54,541 nucleotides of DNA from a virus (IMGVR_UViG_3300021420_000043:1-54541), one strand, 5' to 3'; numbered from the stretch's first letter, positions 34,500-43,947 are shown. The notes: generated by a model not told the origin, from the letters alone. Translations and numbers: made by a program.

Positions 34500-36128
34500 T
34501 TAAGCGCCAACCGCCGCGATCGAGGAACCTGACGTGAGGCCGCGGAACGCGCCGCACACCGCATCGACCTGGTCGGCGTGCGCGGACTTCGGGCCAAAGC
34601 TGCACAGTTCGTCAATGAAGGCTTGGTTCCAATGGCCGACCAGGAGCTTGACGAGATTGTTTTCGCATTGCGCGGCGAACGGTTCGGCGCGCCGCATCTT
34701 CGCCGTGGTCAATGGGCCAGTGCCGGAATCCTCGCGTTCGACCCAGATCGAATAGCCCTGCAGCATTGCGACGAAAGTGTGTGCCTGGAACTTGCCGGCG
34801 CCGCCTGGGTCCTTGGGTATTCTGATTTTGACCCCATTGCCGTGCTGCGCCGCATCCATGGCCGCTTGCATGACCAAGACGCGTTCCAGATCAGCCGGAC
34901 CCCACCGGCCACGCACCACGTCGATCACATAAAAGACCCGCGTCGCCCGGTCGCGCGCCAGCAAGACGCCAACCGTATAATCCGGATCGGTATAGCTCGC
35001 CGTCTCCGGCGACGCCGCGGTGTCCCAGGAGCGATACATATCGAGCCGGGAGAAATCCGGAATCATGTGGACCGGATTGTCGAACCAGGCCCGCTTGAAC
35101 AGGCCGCCCTCCGGCGCGGTGGGGCGTTGCTGGAATTGGCCGGCGATAGCATGACTCGACATGGTCGCTTGCATGTCGCGCAATGCGGAGATCGGGAAGC
35201 GCGATGGCCACAGCGGCTCGCCTGCCTTGCGGCAGTCGTGCCAGACCTCGCCAAGCTTCGGACCGCCATCGGTGCCGGCACTTGTATCAGTCACGCGCTT
35301 GACCTGCGGCGATTTCTTGGCACGCGGATTCTTGGGCGCGGCCGGCACTGTGAACACATGCGGATGGTGGCGCTCGAATTCGGCCGGCAGACACACATGC
35401 ACGCCGTTGAACTCGCGCGCCAGGATGTGGCCGACCAGATCGTTCTCGGCCGACCGCTGCATGCCGATAATGTAGATGCCGTTTTTTCTATCATCCAATC
35501 GGCTGTTGAGAACGTTGTCCCATTTGCTCAAGAACGTGACGCGATCGAGTTCAAAGCTTTTCGATTCGATGTTGTGCGCGTCATCGATGCAGATGATGTT
35601 CGCGCCAAATCCGGTCAGGCCGGAATTGACCGACATGGCGCGGCGCCGGCCGCCGACCGAGTTGGTGAAATTCTGGATTTGCGCGTCGCGCAAACTGAAA
35701 CGGTCGCCCCATCGTTTCTGATACCACGGCGATTCGATCAGGGATCGGCACTGCGTCGAATGCAAGTTCGACAGTTCCTGGCCGTAGCTGATGAACGCCA
35801 TGCGGGTGCCGGCACCGCGCCATGAGCCAGGTCTGATATACAGGCCGCGCCGCTGCGCCTTGTCAGGCACCGACTGCGCCCAAACCCAGGCCGGCAGGAA
35901 CACATTGATGCCGATGCTTTTCATATGCCGCGGCGGCATGGTGATGATCAGCGGCCCCTTGATCTGCCAATCGACCGCGGCGGTGAGATAATCCGCCATG
36001 CAGTCGATGTGCCAGTTGGTCTGATATTCTGCGGTCTCAAGCGCGTTGTGCCAGCCGGCGCGCATGAACTCGCCCAGCGAGCCTTCAAAAGCCAGAGCGT
36101 CGTTACCGAACCGATCGAGCAGAGCCAT
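34500..36128 (-). CDS. terL: Terminase large subunit
   Basis: ITMPPRHMKS Walker A, ICIDD Walker B, GQFQQRP, SWDTA and DQVDA nuclease motifs. Confidence 0.95.
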   Translation of the reverse strand: MALLDRFGNDALAFEGSLGEFMRAGWHNALETAEYQTNWHIDCMADYLTAAVDWQIKGPLIITMPPRHMKSIGINVFLPAWVWAQSVPDKAQRRGLYIRPGSWRGAGTRMAFISYGQELSNLHSTQCRSLIESPWYQKRWGDRFSLRDAQIQNFTNSVGGRRRAMSVNSGLTGFGANIICIDDAHNIESKSFELDRVTFLSKWDNVLNSRLDDRKNGIYIIGMQRSAENDLVGHILAREFNGVHVCLPAEFERHHPHVFTVPAAPKNPRAKKSPQVKRVTDTSAGTDGGPKLGEVWHDCRKAGEPLWPSRFPISALRDMQATMSSHAIAGQFQQRPTAPEGGLFKRAWFDNPVHMIPDFSRLDMYRSWDTAASPETASYTDPDYTVGVLLARDRATRVFYVIDVVRGRWGPADLERVLVMQAAMDAAQHGNGVKIRIPKDPGGAGKFQAHTFVAMLQGYSIWVEREDSGTGPLTTAKMRRAEPFAAQCENNLVKLLVGHWNQAFIDELCSFGPKSAHADQVDAVCGAFRGLTSGSSIAAVGA

Positions 36129-36134
36129 GGTGTT

Positions 36135-36737
36135 TCAAGCCGGCAACGGCGCGTAGGCACCGGGCGGCGGCAACAACAACACCTCCGCATCCTCATCCGG
36201 TTCGACCGATTGTTCCGGTATTCCCTTGTCGATCAGCACCAGCAAGCGATGGCGCTCGCGGCTTGGCAATGCGGGATTGCCTTTCTCGTCGATCAGGCGG
36301 CATAGCCGCGACAGTTCGATGTTCTCTGGCAACGTCAAGCGATGCGGATCGATGCCTTCTAGCAACACCTCGGCAGCGTTGCGGCCGGTGATCTCCAAGG
36401 TGCCGCGCATGTTCATTTCGACCAGCGATTTTTCGGTCTCGCCCAAACGATGCTTGGACAGATGAATGGTCATGGCGACGGCGGCGCCGGCCGCGCCGGC
36501 CATGGGACGGCCTTCGGCGTCGAGACCTTGCGCCCAGCGCCATTGCAGGCGCTTCAAGGATGCCCTGTGGCCGACCTCGACATCGCCCCATGTCTCTTTG
36601 AACCGGGTATCGTCGCTCAAGTGCCGTTTGAACGCGGTCAAGGAAATGCCCAGCATGAAAGCGGCTTCCTCTTGCGTACAGCCGATGATTCCGGCCCGCT
36701 GCAACACCACGTAATCGATAGGTTTCTTGGCAACCAT
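36135..36737 (-). CDS. terS: Terminase small subunit (putative)
   Basis: HTH-like GCTQEEAAFMLGIS; ASLKRLQW; IHLSKHRLG; immediately upstream of TerL. Confidence 0.75.
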   Translation of the reverse strand: MVAKKPIDYVVLQRAGIIGCTQEEAAFMLGISLTAFKRHLSDDTRFKETWGDVEVGHRASLKRLQWRWAQGLDAEGRPMAGAAGAAVAMTIHLSKHRLGETEKSLVEMNMRGTLEITGRNAAEVLLEGIDPHRLTLPENIELSRLCRLIDEKGNPALPSRERHRLLVLIDKGIPEQSVEPDEDAEVLLLPPPGAYAPLPA

Positions 36738-36891
36738 GAGATTATTTCGTCCTTGAAAAGGCGCGCCAACAGGCGCATATTTACGGGTAATTATACGCAC
36801 CCCAACAAGAGCGCCCGAACCACGGGCGAGATGAGGTTCCTTGATGGCCACGTTGTTTGATGCCAACACCGATAACCGTCACGCCATTGCG

Positions 36892-37704
36892 ATGTCGAAT
36901 CGCGGCACGGTTAATCCGGACGGCGTATCGATCAAAGGCTGCAACTACATCTACGCGCCGAAGGGCCAGGCCGGCGAATACGCGCCGCTCGCCGCCAATC
37001 CGTACCGCGGCTGCGGCACAGGTTGCGCGTACTGCTATGTGCCTCTGATCACCAAGCAAACCAGGAAAGAATTCGACGCTGGCGCGGTGTCGCGACAAAG
37101 CTATCTGCAGCACCTGCGCAACGACGCGGTCAAATACATGCGCGCCGGCATCACCGAACAATGCATGTTCTCATTCACGTCCGATGTCTACAATCCATCG
37201 AACACGGAATTGACCAGGCCATCGATCGAGATTATCCGCAATCACGGTCTGGCATTTTGCGTGCTGACCAAACACGGCCCGCGGGCGCTGGTTGACATCG
37301 ACCTTTATCGCCCCGACCGCGACGCGTTCGCCTCAACCCTGACATCGCTGGATGACGCGTTCTCACGCAAATGGGAACGCCACGCCGCATTGCCGGCCGA
37401 TCGCATCAACGCACTTGAGCAATTCCACAACGCTGGAATCTTCACATGGGTGAGTTTAGAACCGACACTCGACTGCGATGCCTCGATCGAGATCGTGAAA
37501 GCAACCCACGAGTTCGTAGACCTGTTCAAGATCGGCCGCGTCAACTATCTGCCGATGACCAGGACCACGGACTGGAAGGACTACACGCTACGCATTTGCG
37601 AGGTGGCCAACAAACTGGGCGCGCAACACTACGTCAAAAAAGACCTGCAACCTTTTCTCCCGGCCGGATATCATAACCCGCTGCGCGTCCCGCAGCATCA
37701 TTGA
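36892..37704 (+). CDS. Radical SAM protein (SplB-like family)
   Basis: NPYRGCGTGCAYCY CxxxCxxC; LTK; WVSLEP. Confidence 0.88.
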   Translation: MSNRGTVNPDGVSIKGCNYIYAPKGQAGEYAPLAANPYRGCGTGCAYCYVPLITKQTRKEFDAGAVSRQSYLQHLRNDAVKYMRAGITEQCMFSFTSDVYNPSNTELTRPSIEIIRNHGLAFCVLTKHGPRALVDIDLYRPDRDAFASTLTSLDDAFSRKWERHAALPADRINALEQFHNAGIFTWVSLEPTLDCDASIEIVKATHEFVDLFKIGRVNYLPMTRTTDWKDYTLRICEVANKLGAQHYVKKDLQPFLPAGYHNPLRVPQHH

Positions 37705-37714
37705 GGGGCTGCCT

Positions 37715-37903
37715 ATGAAAGTTTACCTGACGGTGGATAAGCGCACTTGCGATGGCGCAATTCAAATCAGCATCGGTAATGATCGCATGGGCTATCGCAT
37801 CGCTGGCCCAAAATACGATGGCAGCGGTAAGACGCTACTCAAAAAAGAACTGAGCGAGCGCGACCGCGAAGAAATTAGATCATGGCTCGACGGAGCAGAG
37901 TAA
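37715..37903 (+). CDS. Hypothetical protein
   Basis: GAGG RBS; GYRIAGPKYDG. Confidence 0.7.
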   Translation: MKVYLTVDKRTCDGAIQISIGNDRMGYRIAGPKYDGSGKTLLKKELSERDREEIRSWLDGAE

Positions 37904-37919
37904 CAGGACGTATGTAGTC

Positions 37920-38108
37920 ATGTCGATAGTTCACGTTACAGAACGAGAAATCCAAAAGGTCGTAGATGAGGTCTTGAATACGAACGAATGGCCCATCTAC
38001 AAAACTGACGACGATAGGGGCTTGGAACAATCCGAATATTTTGAATTTGCGAGGGCCGTTTGCCGCAAGCTCGGCCTCTTATATTGGGGCAACGAGAGCG
38101 GCGACTAA
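37920..38108 (+). CDS. Hypothetical protein
   Basis: ORF in the operon. Confidence 0.6.
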   Translation: MSIVHVTEREIQKVVDEVLNTNEWPIYKTDDDRGLEQSEYFEFARAVCRKLGLLYWGNESGD

Positions 38109-38134
38109 CCGCCGACAAAGCATGGAGAACCAAA

Positions 38135-38617
38135 ATGAAGCCTAGCCGTCGCGCCTTCCTCGCTACAGCCGCCGCTCTACCTGCTGCGACTGCCGTTCTT
38201 TCCGCACCGACCGTCGCGGCGCTGCCGCTTGAATCAGCGACGCCCGTTCTGACGCCCTACATGGAATATCCGTGGCGATGGATGGTCAGCCATGATGATT
38301 ATAGTTTCTCGGAGGAATTTGAGACGCTGGAAAAGGCCCTTGAATTTGCAAGGATCGAGGGTGCCGAAGTCGTCGCCGAATGCCAGATGCAGGATTTTTC
38401 TTTATCGCTCGGCGGTGACGAGGTTCTGGAAGCATTGCTAGGCACGAACGAAGAATTGATCGGCGAAGGCGAGTTCATAGACGCCACCAATGAGCAGCGC
38501 GACGATCTCGGGAAGATGGTAACCGCTGCAATCGAGGCGTGGGCAATCAAGCACCACATATCGTTGACCGCTTGGAGCTTCGCCGGCATTCGGAACAAGC
38601 AAAAAGTTGCCGGTTAA
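38135..38617 (+). CDS. Protein with a twin-arginine-like N-terminus
   Basis: SRRAFLATAAA; GGAG RBS. Confidence 0.7.
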   Translation: MKPSRRAFLATAAALPAATAVLSAPTVAALPLESATPVLTPYMEYPWRWMVSHDDYSFSEEFETLEKALEFARIEGAEVVAECQMQDFSLSLGGDEVLEALLGTNEELIGEGEFIDATNEQRDDLGKMVTAAIEAWAIKHHISLTAWSFAGIRNKQKVAG

Positions 38618-38642
38618 CCGCCGACAAGCATGGAGACTAAAA

Positions 38643-38840
38643 ATGGCTAAGAAATTTCCGAAAGTTCTATACGTGAAGATCGAGCAGGAACGCGACGGGA
38701 CGTATTATTTTAATCCAGCGGACAGTGTGCTCGATCTCGCGGAGATGGGCGAACGCCATAAAATAGGCGTTTACAAATTGACCAGCACCACAACGGTTGA
38801 AGGTGTTGTCAGGTACGGGCCGAAGCATACATCGAAATAG
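38643..38840 (+). CDS. Hypothetical protein
   Basis: GGAG RBS in the boundary repeat. Confidence 0.7.
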   Translation: MAKKFPKVLYVKIEQERDGTYYFNPADSVLDLAEMGERHKIGVYKLTSTTTVEGVVRYGPKHTSK

Positions 38841-38871
38841 GTACATGCTCGTCCAAAGCAGGGAGATTGAA

Positions 38872-39093
38872 ATGGGCCATAAACATTTTGTTGTTTGCGA
38901 CGGTTGCGATGCGGAGGAACTGATCACGCGACCGGAAGGTGAAGCGCCGCCGTCTTTTAAGTCGGTCACGATTTCCCTCAACGCGGGGGCGGACAGCCTC
39001 TACGACCTGTGCCCAAGCTGCGAGCGCTGCTTGCAGGAAAACGCCAACCCGAAAAAATGGCCGCGCATGGCCCGACCGGAAGCTGCCGGTTAA
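38872..39093 (+). CDS. Small Zn-ribbon protein
   Basis: CDGC...DLCPSC; GGGAG RBS. Confidence 0.7.
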   Translation: MGHKHFVVCDGCDAEELITRPEGEAPPSFKSVTISLNAGADSLYDLCPSCERCLQENANPKKWPRMARPEAAG

Positions 39094-39116
39094 CCGTCCA
39101 AAGTAGGGAGATTGAA

Positions 39117-39272
39117 GTGACTGACATTGGCAATTGGCCCGACTTGATCGAAAAGCGGCGCGGTTACATTATGCATCTCGACGAACTGGCGCGGACATTG
39201 CAGCGCTACGCTGTTCTCTCGCCGGCAATACGCACCAGGCTGCTGGCCGACAAGGGTGACGATCTCGCATGA
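39117..39272 (+). CDS. Hypothetical protein
   Basis: GGGAG RBS before GTG; ATGA overlap with the next gene. Confidence 0.55.
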   Translation: MTDIGNWPDLIEKRRGYIMHLDELARTLQRYAVLSPAIRTRLLADKGDDLA

Positions 39273-39538
39273 CGCCGACCGAGGACGATATCACCAAGTT
39301 GCGCGCCATGCTCATAAAGCACGATCGGTTCATGATCAGGGAGAGCTATGCCATGCAACTGCTATCCGTTGTTTCAGCCGCGGCGCTGATCTATGCAGCA
39401 GATTGCGACATCAAAGTTTTGGTAAGTCTCATGCCGTCCTTCGTTCTATTCGGTATCGCCTTTGTGCAAGCCATCTCGGTGCGCGCCAGCGCCCGCAACC
39501 AGCTTGAACGGTTGATGAATGAGGGAGAGCCGCAATGA
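39269..39538 (+). CDS. Membrane protein (2 TM)
   Basis: Hydrophobic segments; coupled start. Confidence 0.65.
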   Translation: MTPTEDDITKLRAMLIKHDRFMIRESYAMQLLSVVSAAALIYAADCDIKVLVSLMPSFVLFGIAFVQAISVRASARNQLERLMNEGEPQ

Positions 39539-39927
39539 AACTCCGCGAACGCATTGACGCCGCGACGCTTCGATTACTGAAAAGCCGCTACTGTGTGGCG
39601 GCAATGATGCTGGTCGTGTCCGCTGTGGTCATGGCAGCCGGCCTGACAACTCCATTGCCGTTTTTCAACGTCGCCGACGCATGGCTGTCGGGGACGTTGT
39701 TCACCATCGCGTTATTCAACTGGCTCACGCCGCTCCGCATACATGACTTGCTGCAAGACCTGCCCGCTGCACAGCGCGCACACTTTGAGCGTCAAGCCCA
39801 GGAAATTCTGGAACGCGTCATTGCCGATGCCAAGCGCCGGGGCATCATTCCGCCAGGCGTGGGGATAGACATGAGCATGGGCAAAATGCTGGTGCCGGAG
39901 GACGACGATGGATCAACAAAACATTGA
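39535..39927 (+). CDS. Membrane protein (2 TM)
   Basis: Hydrophobic segments; GAGGGAG RBS. Confidence 0.65.
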   Translation: MKLRERIDAATLRLLKSRYCVAAMMLVVSAVVMAAGLTTPLPFFNVADAWLSGTLFTIALFNWLTPLRIHDLLQDLPAAQRAHFERQAQEILERVIADAKRRGIIPPGVGIDMSMGKMLVPEDDDGSTKH

Positions 39928-40047
39928 TATCGGATGTTGAAAGTTTCCAGCCATAGCATCGAAATTCTGTGCGCCAAGTACGACATCGATCCAGGGAATG
40001 TCTGCGCCATCATGACCGCAATGCAAGCATGGGCCGATGGCTAACCG

Positions 40048-40656
40048 GTGCCGCGCTACGCCGACATCATCCATAAATTCGGCACCGCTTTCGCCGGACG
40101 GCGGCTTTGGGATTTTGCGTTTGATGAAAAATCCATGCATAAGGAAATGCTGTTGCACACCGTGCGTTACACAGCAATCCATCGGTTCGGTTTTGTCATC
40201 CCATCGCGCGAACTGCTTGACCAGCTTCAATGCCATCAACCGATCTTGGAGGTCGGCGCCGGCAGCGGCTACATCACCGCCTTGATGCGCCACCGCGGCA
40301 TTGATGTCATCGGCACCGACGCGCTTCGCCAAAACTACGGCTTTGTCTTTGGCGCTTATGATGCCAATCAACTGACGATGAATGCCACCGAAGCGGTGCG
40401 GCGCTTTCCTGATCGCAATGTGTTCTGCGCTTGGCCAACGTTGGGCTCAACTTGGTTGCGTTATGCGCTGCAGGCCATGACAGTAGGCCGTCGCGCCATA
40501 CTCATCGAGGAAAGCGCTTGCGCGGAGCCAAGCACCTGGCAATATCGGGACCGCTGCTTTGGTCGAGAATCTTCAATAGACATTCCCATTTGGCCCGGCA
40601 TGCATGATTACGCCGCAACGTGGATCAAGAAACCATGCACGATGAGGGGCAAGTAA
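40048..40656 (+). CDS. Class I SAM-dependent methyltransferase-like protein (may begin at 39934 across an in-frame TAA)
   Basis: ILEVGAGSGY motif I; VIGTD; FCAWP. Confidence 0.75.
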   Translation: MPRYADIIHKFGTAFAGRRLWDFAFDEKSMHKEMLLHTVRYTAIHRFGFVIPSRELLDQLQCHQPILEVGAGSGYITALMRHRGIDVIGTDALRQNYGFVFGAYDANQLTMNATEAVRRFPDRNVFCAWPTLGSTWLRYALQAMTVGRRAILIEESACAEPSTWQYRDRCFGRESSIDIPIWPGMHDYAATWIKKPCTMRGK

Positions 40657-40929
40657 ATGGCAGACACCATCAACCTTATCGATTTGCGCGAGCGCATCGC
40701 GCTGGCGACAATGCCGGCCACGCCGACGCACTCTGCACAGCGCACCGCCGATCTCGCGATAGGCAACGGACTGGCGGATCGAACTGTGCATGATGCAGGA
40801 TTCACGGTCGGCGATCTCGCGACGGCAATAGCCGACGCCTTGGCAGCGGCGCGCACCAACAAACCGGCATTCTCGCCAGCGGAACGCGACCTGATATTCA
40901 AGGCGCTTGCGCTCGCGTCTCGCGTGTGA
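40657..40929 (+). CDS. Hypothetical protein
   Basis: GAGG RBS; adjacent to the upstream stop. Confidence 0.6.
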   Translation: MADTINLIDLRERIALATMPATPTHSAQRTADLAIGNGLADRTVHDAGFTVGDLATAIADALAAARTNKPAFSPAERDLIFKALALASRV

Positions 40930-41115
40930 CGCAAACCTTATCAGATCAAGCATCAAACCGAATTATTTTCTCCAATGATTGCGGGCGAAACCTGCCGCTA
41001 ACCCATTGATGTTCGCAACTCAACCCGCACGCGTGTTTGTAATTTGCTAAAATACAAATATCAGGTCAGGAATGGTTCCTGGCCACGCTGTTTGAAAAGT
41101 GAATGGAGAAACACA

Positions 41116-41313
41116 ATGGCCAAGAAGTCAAAGCCTATCGGCGTTGGCGAGATCGTCCACGTCAAGCTGGCAGGTGGTGGCGTTGGTGACACCAAATACG
41201 AGGTGACCGCCATGGGCACGCACTCATGCCGTATCCGCGAAGCTGGTATTGCACCGAACGGCAAGCCCTACGCTGAGTACCTGTTCGACGCTTCGCTGTT
41301 GGTGCGGTCATGA
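41116..41313 (+). CDS. Small beta-barrel-like hypothetical protein
   Basis: GGAG RBS; IGVGEIVHVK. Confidence 0.65.
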   Translation: MAKKSKPIGVGEIVHVKLAGGGVGDTKYEVTAMGTHSCRIREAGIAPNGKPYAEYLFDASLLVRS

Positions 41314-41846
41314 CAGACATAGTCACGATCACACTGCGCGTCGAGGATGCCGAACCGATCCTGCGATCGGCCGCCTACCGGGCCGCCAAGAACTCATCGT
41401 TCTGTGACTACATCACGCGCCGGACCTACAATCCACCGGCCAACCCGAACGAGGAACACCGAAAGTACTGGGCCGACGAATTCCGTAAAGCGAAAAGAAT
41501 GGTCGAGGTTTTCGGTGTCGAGTATGAGATGGTCAGCGAACAAGAAACGCTGACCGTTCATATCCCGATGAAGAATGAGAAGCGCAAGCCGATCAAGATC
41601 GACGGCAAGCTGTTCGCATACAGCGTGTCTGGCGGCGTGCCCGATCCAAAGAATGCGATGCCTTGCTATCGCGGTCAGGTCCACAGCGAAGCCTGTCACG
41701 CCGCGGCCGACCGCGTGGTGCGCAAGTGGCGCGCTGCGCTCGGTCTGCCAGACTGGCAACGCAAGAACGATCAAGCCTTGGCAGCGTTGCCCAAGGTCCG
41801 CGCCGCCACGCTCAAAGCGTTGAACGACGGCATCAAGACCATCTGA
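41310..41846 (+). CDS. Hypothetical protein
   Basis: ATGA-coupled. Confidence 0.65.
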   Translation: MTDIVTITLRVEDAEPILRSAAYRAAKNSSFCDYITRRTYNPPANPNEEHRKYWADEFRKAKRMVEVFGVEYEMVSEQETLTVHIPMKNEKRKPIKIDGKLFAYSVSGGVPDPKNAMPCYRGQVHSEACHAAADRVVRKWRAALGLPDWQRKNDQALAALPKVRAATLKALNDGIKTI

Positions 41847-41853
41847 CACATAG

Positions 41854-41891
41854 TCCCGCGGCGGTATATATACGCCGCGGGATTTCTTTTT
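41854..41891 (+). terminator. Intrinsic terminator between convergent operons
   Basis: TCCCGCGGCG/CGCCGCGGGA stem followed by TTTCTTTTT. Confidence 0.8.
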
Positions 41892-41894
41892 GCG

Positions 41895-42074
41895 TCAACC
41901 CTCGACCGGACGGCCGAACACCTTCCAACCCAACAGCCCGAACAACAGAAACTGCAACAGGCTCGACGCCAGACCGATGCCGTGGCTGTACGGCCCGAAC
42001 GCCATCAGGCCGCCGCCGACACCAAACAAGAGCCAGAGCAGCATCAACACATAAAAGCAAATCTTCATAGGCAT
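41895..42074 (-). CDS. Small 2-TM membrane protein (59 aa)
   Basis: Manual translation MPMKICFYVLMLLWLLFG...FLLFGLLGWKVFGRPVEG; AAGGAG RBS. Confidence 0.7.
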   Translation of the reverse strand: MPMKICFYVLMLLWLLFGVGGGLMAFGPYSHGIGLASSLLQFLLFGLLGWKVFGRPVEG

Positions 42075-42092
42075 AGCGTTTCGCTCCTTGGG

Positions 42093-42749
42093 TTATAAAA
42101 TACCTTTGAGAACCAATCCGATGTAGCGCACCTGCGCCTGACCCTCGTTCTTGCCATCGGCCTGCCATCGCGCCACGATCTGGCAATGCAATGCCTTGGC
42201 CAGTCCGATCACGGCGCGATCGAGAATGGCGTCGCGCTGGCGCAGCACGCCGACCATGCCATCTGGCTTGAGGCCGGCAAGTCTCGCCAGTGCCACCTCG
42301 ACATGATTGCCGATCATGGCCAGACCGGTGCCATCGGTCAGCACCACGCCGATCGTCTCACCGGGCGCGACCTCGCGACGGGCCGCAAGGATGAAGGCTT
42401 GCTCCCATGGCGAGCCGTGGGCGTCGAGATCGAACACGTTGAACGCCGACAGATCGATGCCACGCATGACGCGGCGATTGTCGGCGACAAAGCAACGCCG
42501 CTCATCGCGCGCCCATTCCTTGTCGCAGCCGGTATAGTGCTCGGCCAGGTGCCACACCGCCTTGTGCATCTTGCCTGTGCCGCAGAACGCGTCAAACACT
42601 TTAACCGGCCCGTCGATCGCGGACAGGCTTTCATCGATGGCGTCTAATACGTTGCGCCTGATCTCGGCCTTGGCCGTCAGCGCATTGGCGCTGTTGTTTT
42701 GTTTCTGAGTCTTAACCATCGTAGCCATACCTTGGTTCATCGCGATCAC
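42093..42749 (-). CDS. SAM-dependent methyltransferase-like protein (Trm1-like motifs)
   Basis: VFDAFCGTG; FDLDAHGSPW; VVLTDG. Confidence 0.7.
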   Translation of the reverse strand: MIAMNQGMATMVKTQKQNNSANALTAKAEIRRNVLDAIDESLSAIDGPVKVFDAFCGTGKMHKAVWHLAEHYTGCDKEWARDERRCFVADNRRVMRGIDLSAFNVFDLDAHGSPWEQAFILAARREVAPGETIGVVLTDGTGLAMIGNHVEVALARLAGLKPDGMVGVLRQRDAILDRAVIGLAKALHCQIVARWQADGKNEGQAQVRYIGLVLKGIL

Positions 42750-43360
42750 CAGGTCACGTTGATGGTCGATAGCTCGACCTCGATACCGGGAATGTCGGCC
42801 ATGACTTTCTGCAAGCCCTGCAGCGCGTCGGCCTGGCTCGCCAGCGGGCCGCGCACGCTGATCCAGAACTCATCTTGCACGCTTGACGTTTCGATCTCGC
42901 GCACCAGAATCGCGTCGTCCGGTCCGGTGAGGCCAAGAATTTCCTTATCGGAGAATCCAAGCCGGTGCGGATCGGGACCGCCATTGCCGATCAGGTCGCG
43001 CAACGTGTCGGCCAGAATGCGCTCATCCCAGTCGGAGTTCTCCGGCAGCTTGTTCAACGCCAAGGCCAGGGCGGCATACTCGGCTTCATTCAGACCGGAG
43101 ACCACGCGGCAATCGATATCCTTGAGGCCGGCCAGCTTGGCCGCGTCCAGCGTTGCCTCGCCACCGATCAATTTCCCGTCAGGGCGGATCACCAGGGGCG
43201 CCACGAAACCGAACGCCGTGATGGAACCGGCGATCTGATCGATCTGATCGCGGCCGTGCTTCCTGGCGTTCTTGGGGTCTTTCTTGATGGCGCCGATCGG
43301 CCGGGTCTCGTTCTTGACGCTTGGACCGGTAGGGGAGGGGGGTGAAACTTTTTCCGTCAT
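42746..43360 (-). CDS. ParB/Srx N-terminal domain protein
   Basis: NARKH...QIDQIAGSITAFGFVAPLVI...NKLPENSDWD. Confidence 0.85.
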   Translation of the reverse strand: MTEKVSPPSPTGPSVKNETRPIGAIKKDPKNARKHGRDQIDQIAGSITAFGFVAPLVIRPDGKLIGGEATLDAAKLAGLKDIDCRVVSGLNEAEYAALALALNKLPENSDWDERILADTLRDLIGNGGPDPHRLGFSDKEILGLTGPDDAILVREIETSSVQDEFWISVRGPLASQADALQGLQKVMADIPGIEVELSTINVTW

Positions 43361-43457
43361 GACCTCTTGTTATCCTCTGTGAGGGGCGTAAGGTGAGTGC
43401 GTATAATTAACCGGGTCTGGCCCCGGCGTTGCCGGGACCAGCCAGAAAGGCAGTCCC

Positions 43458-43946
43458 ATGTTTGTCGAGCGCGAGCTATCGACCACGCCGTTGTCGCCAG
43501 TCACGCCAGTGCCACCATCGCGGTCTGGCAGCAGCTTCACAGTGTCCAGGGTGTTTGAACGCGATATGATCGCAGCGTTCGCTATACCAGAATTCTTCCT
43601 ACCAACTCCAAGACAGAAGCCGGACGGCCGCGACGTGCTGCGCCGCGCCGCCGATATCATGGAGCAGCGCGGCCACTGCCAAAACACGTTTATGAACAGT
43701 GACGGTGAGGTCTGCACTGCCATGGCGATCGGCCTGGCAATCAATGACCCGGGCGGACCGCACGCTTGGTTAAACAATCCGCTGTTTGATGCCGCGTGGA
43801 CGCGGCTCATGGGTTTCGTCTACGGATTAGACCCGTTGTATTGGGAGCCAACCGCTGGTCTAAGCGCCGTCTGTTCCTGGAATAACAGCAAAGGTTTCAC
43901 CGGAGATAAGATCGTGGCGGCGATGCGTGCCGCCGCGGCGGCGTGA
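43458..43946 (+). CDS. DUF6197-like protein
   Basis: VLRRAADIMEQRGHCQ...CTAMAI...WN. Confidence 0.65.
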   Translation: MFVERELSTTPLSPVTPVPPSRSGSSFTVSRVFERDMIAAFAIPEFFLPTPRQKPDGRDVLRRAADIMEQRGHCQNTFMNSDGEVCTAMAIGLAINDPGGPHAWLNNPLFDAAWTRLMGFVYGLDPLYWEPTAGLSAVCSWNNSKGFTGDKIVAAMRAAAAA

Positions 43947-43947
43947 G

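Larger units (their letters stand above)
38106..39116 (+). repeat. Four related inter-gene boundary repeats
   Basis: TAACCGCCGACAA(A)GCATGGAGA at 38106 and 38615; CGTCCAAAGYAGGGAGATTGAA at 38850 and 39095; TGCCGGTTAACCG at 38608 and 39084. Confidence 0.85.

Noticed and set aside
35230-35370. Intein or intron in terL
   Set aside because: The insertion-like linker is only about 40 aa, lacks splice motifs, and the frame is intact
5726-35825. Long opposite-strand or alternate-frame ORFs (5726-6955, 9099-10235, 10648-11877, 26335-28722, 34578-35825)
   Set aside because: Shadows of real genes in high-GC DNA; Arg/Gly-rich, without motifs or RBS
38100-39120. Integron attC sites or a CRISPR array
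   Set aside because: Repeats are short, lack the long imperfect attC hairpin and are separated by whole genes; no integrase or cas gene in the window
15650-43360. ParA/ParB plasmid-prophage partition system
   Set aside because: The genes are 26 kb apart; the ParB-like protein has no evident HTH and is of the methylase-associated type; no parS repeats seen
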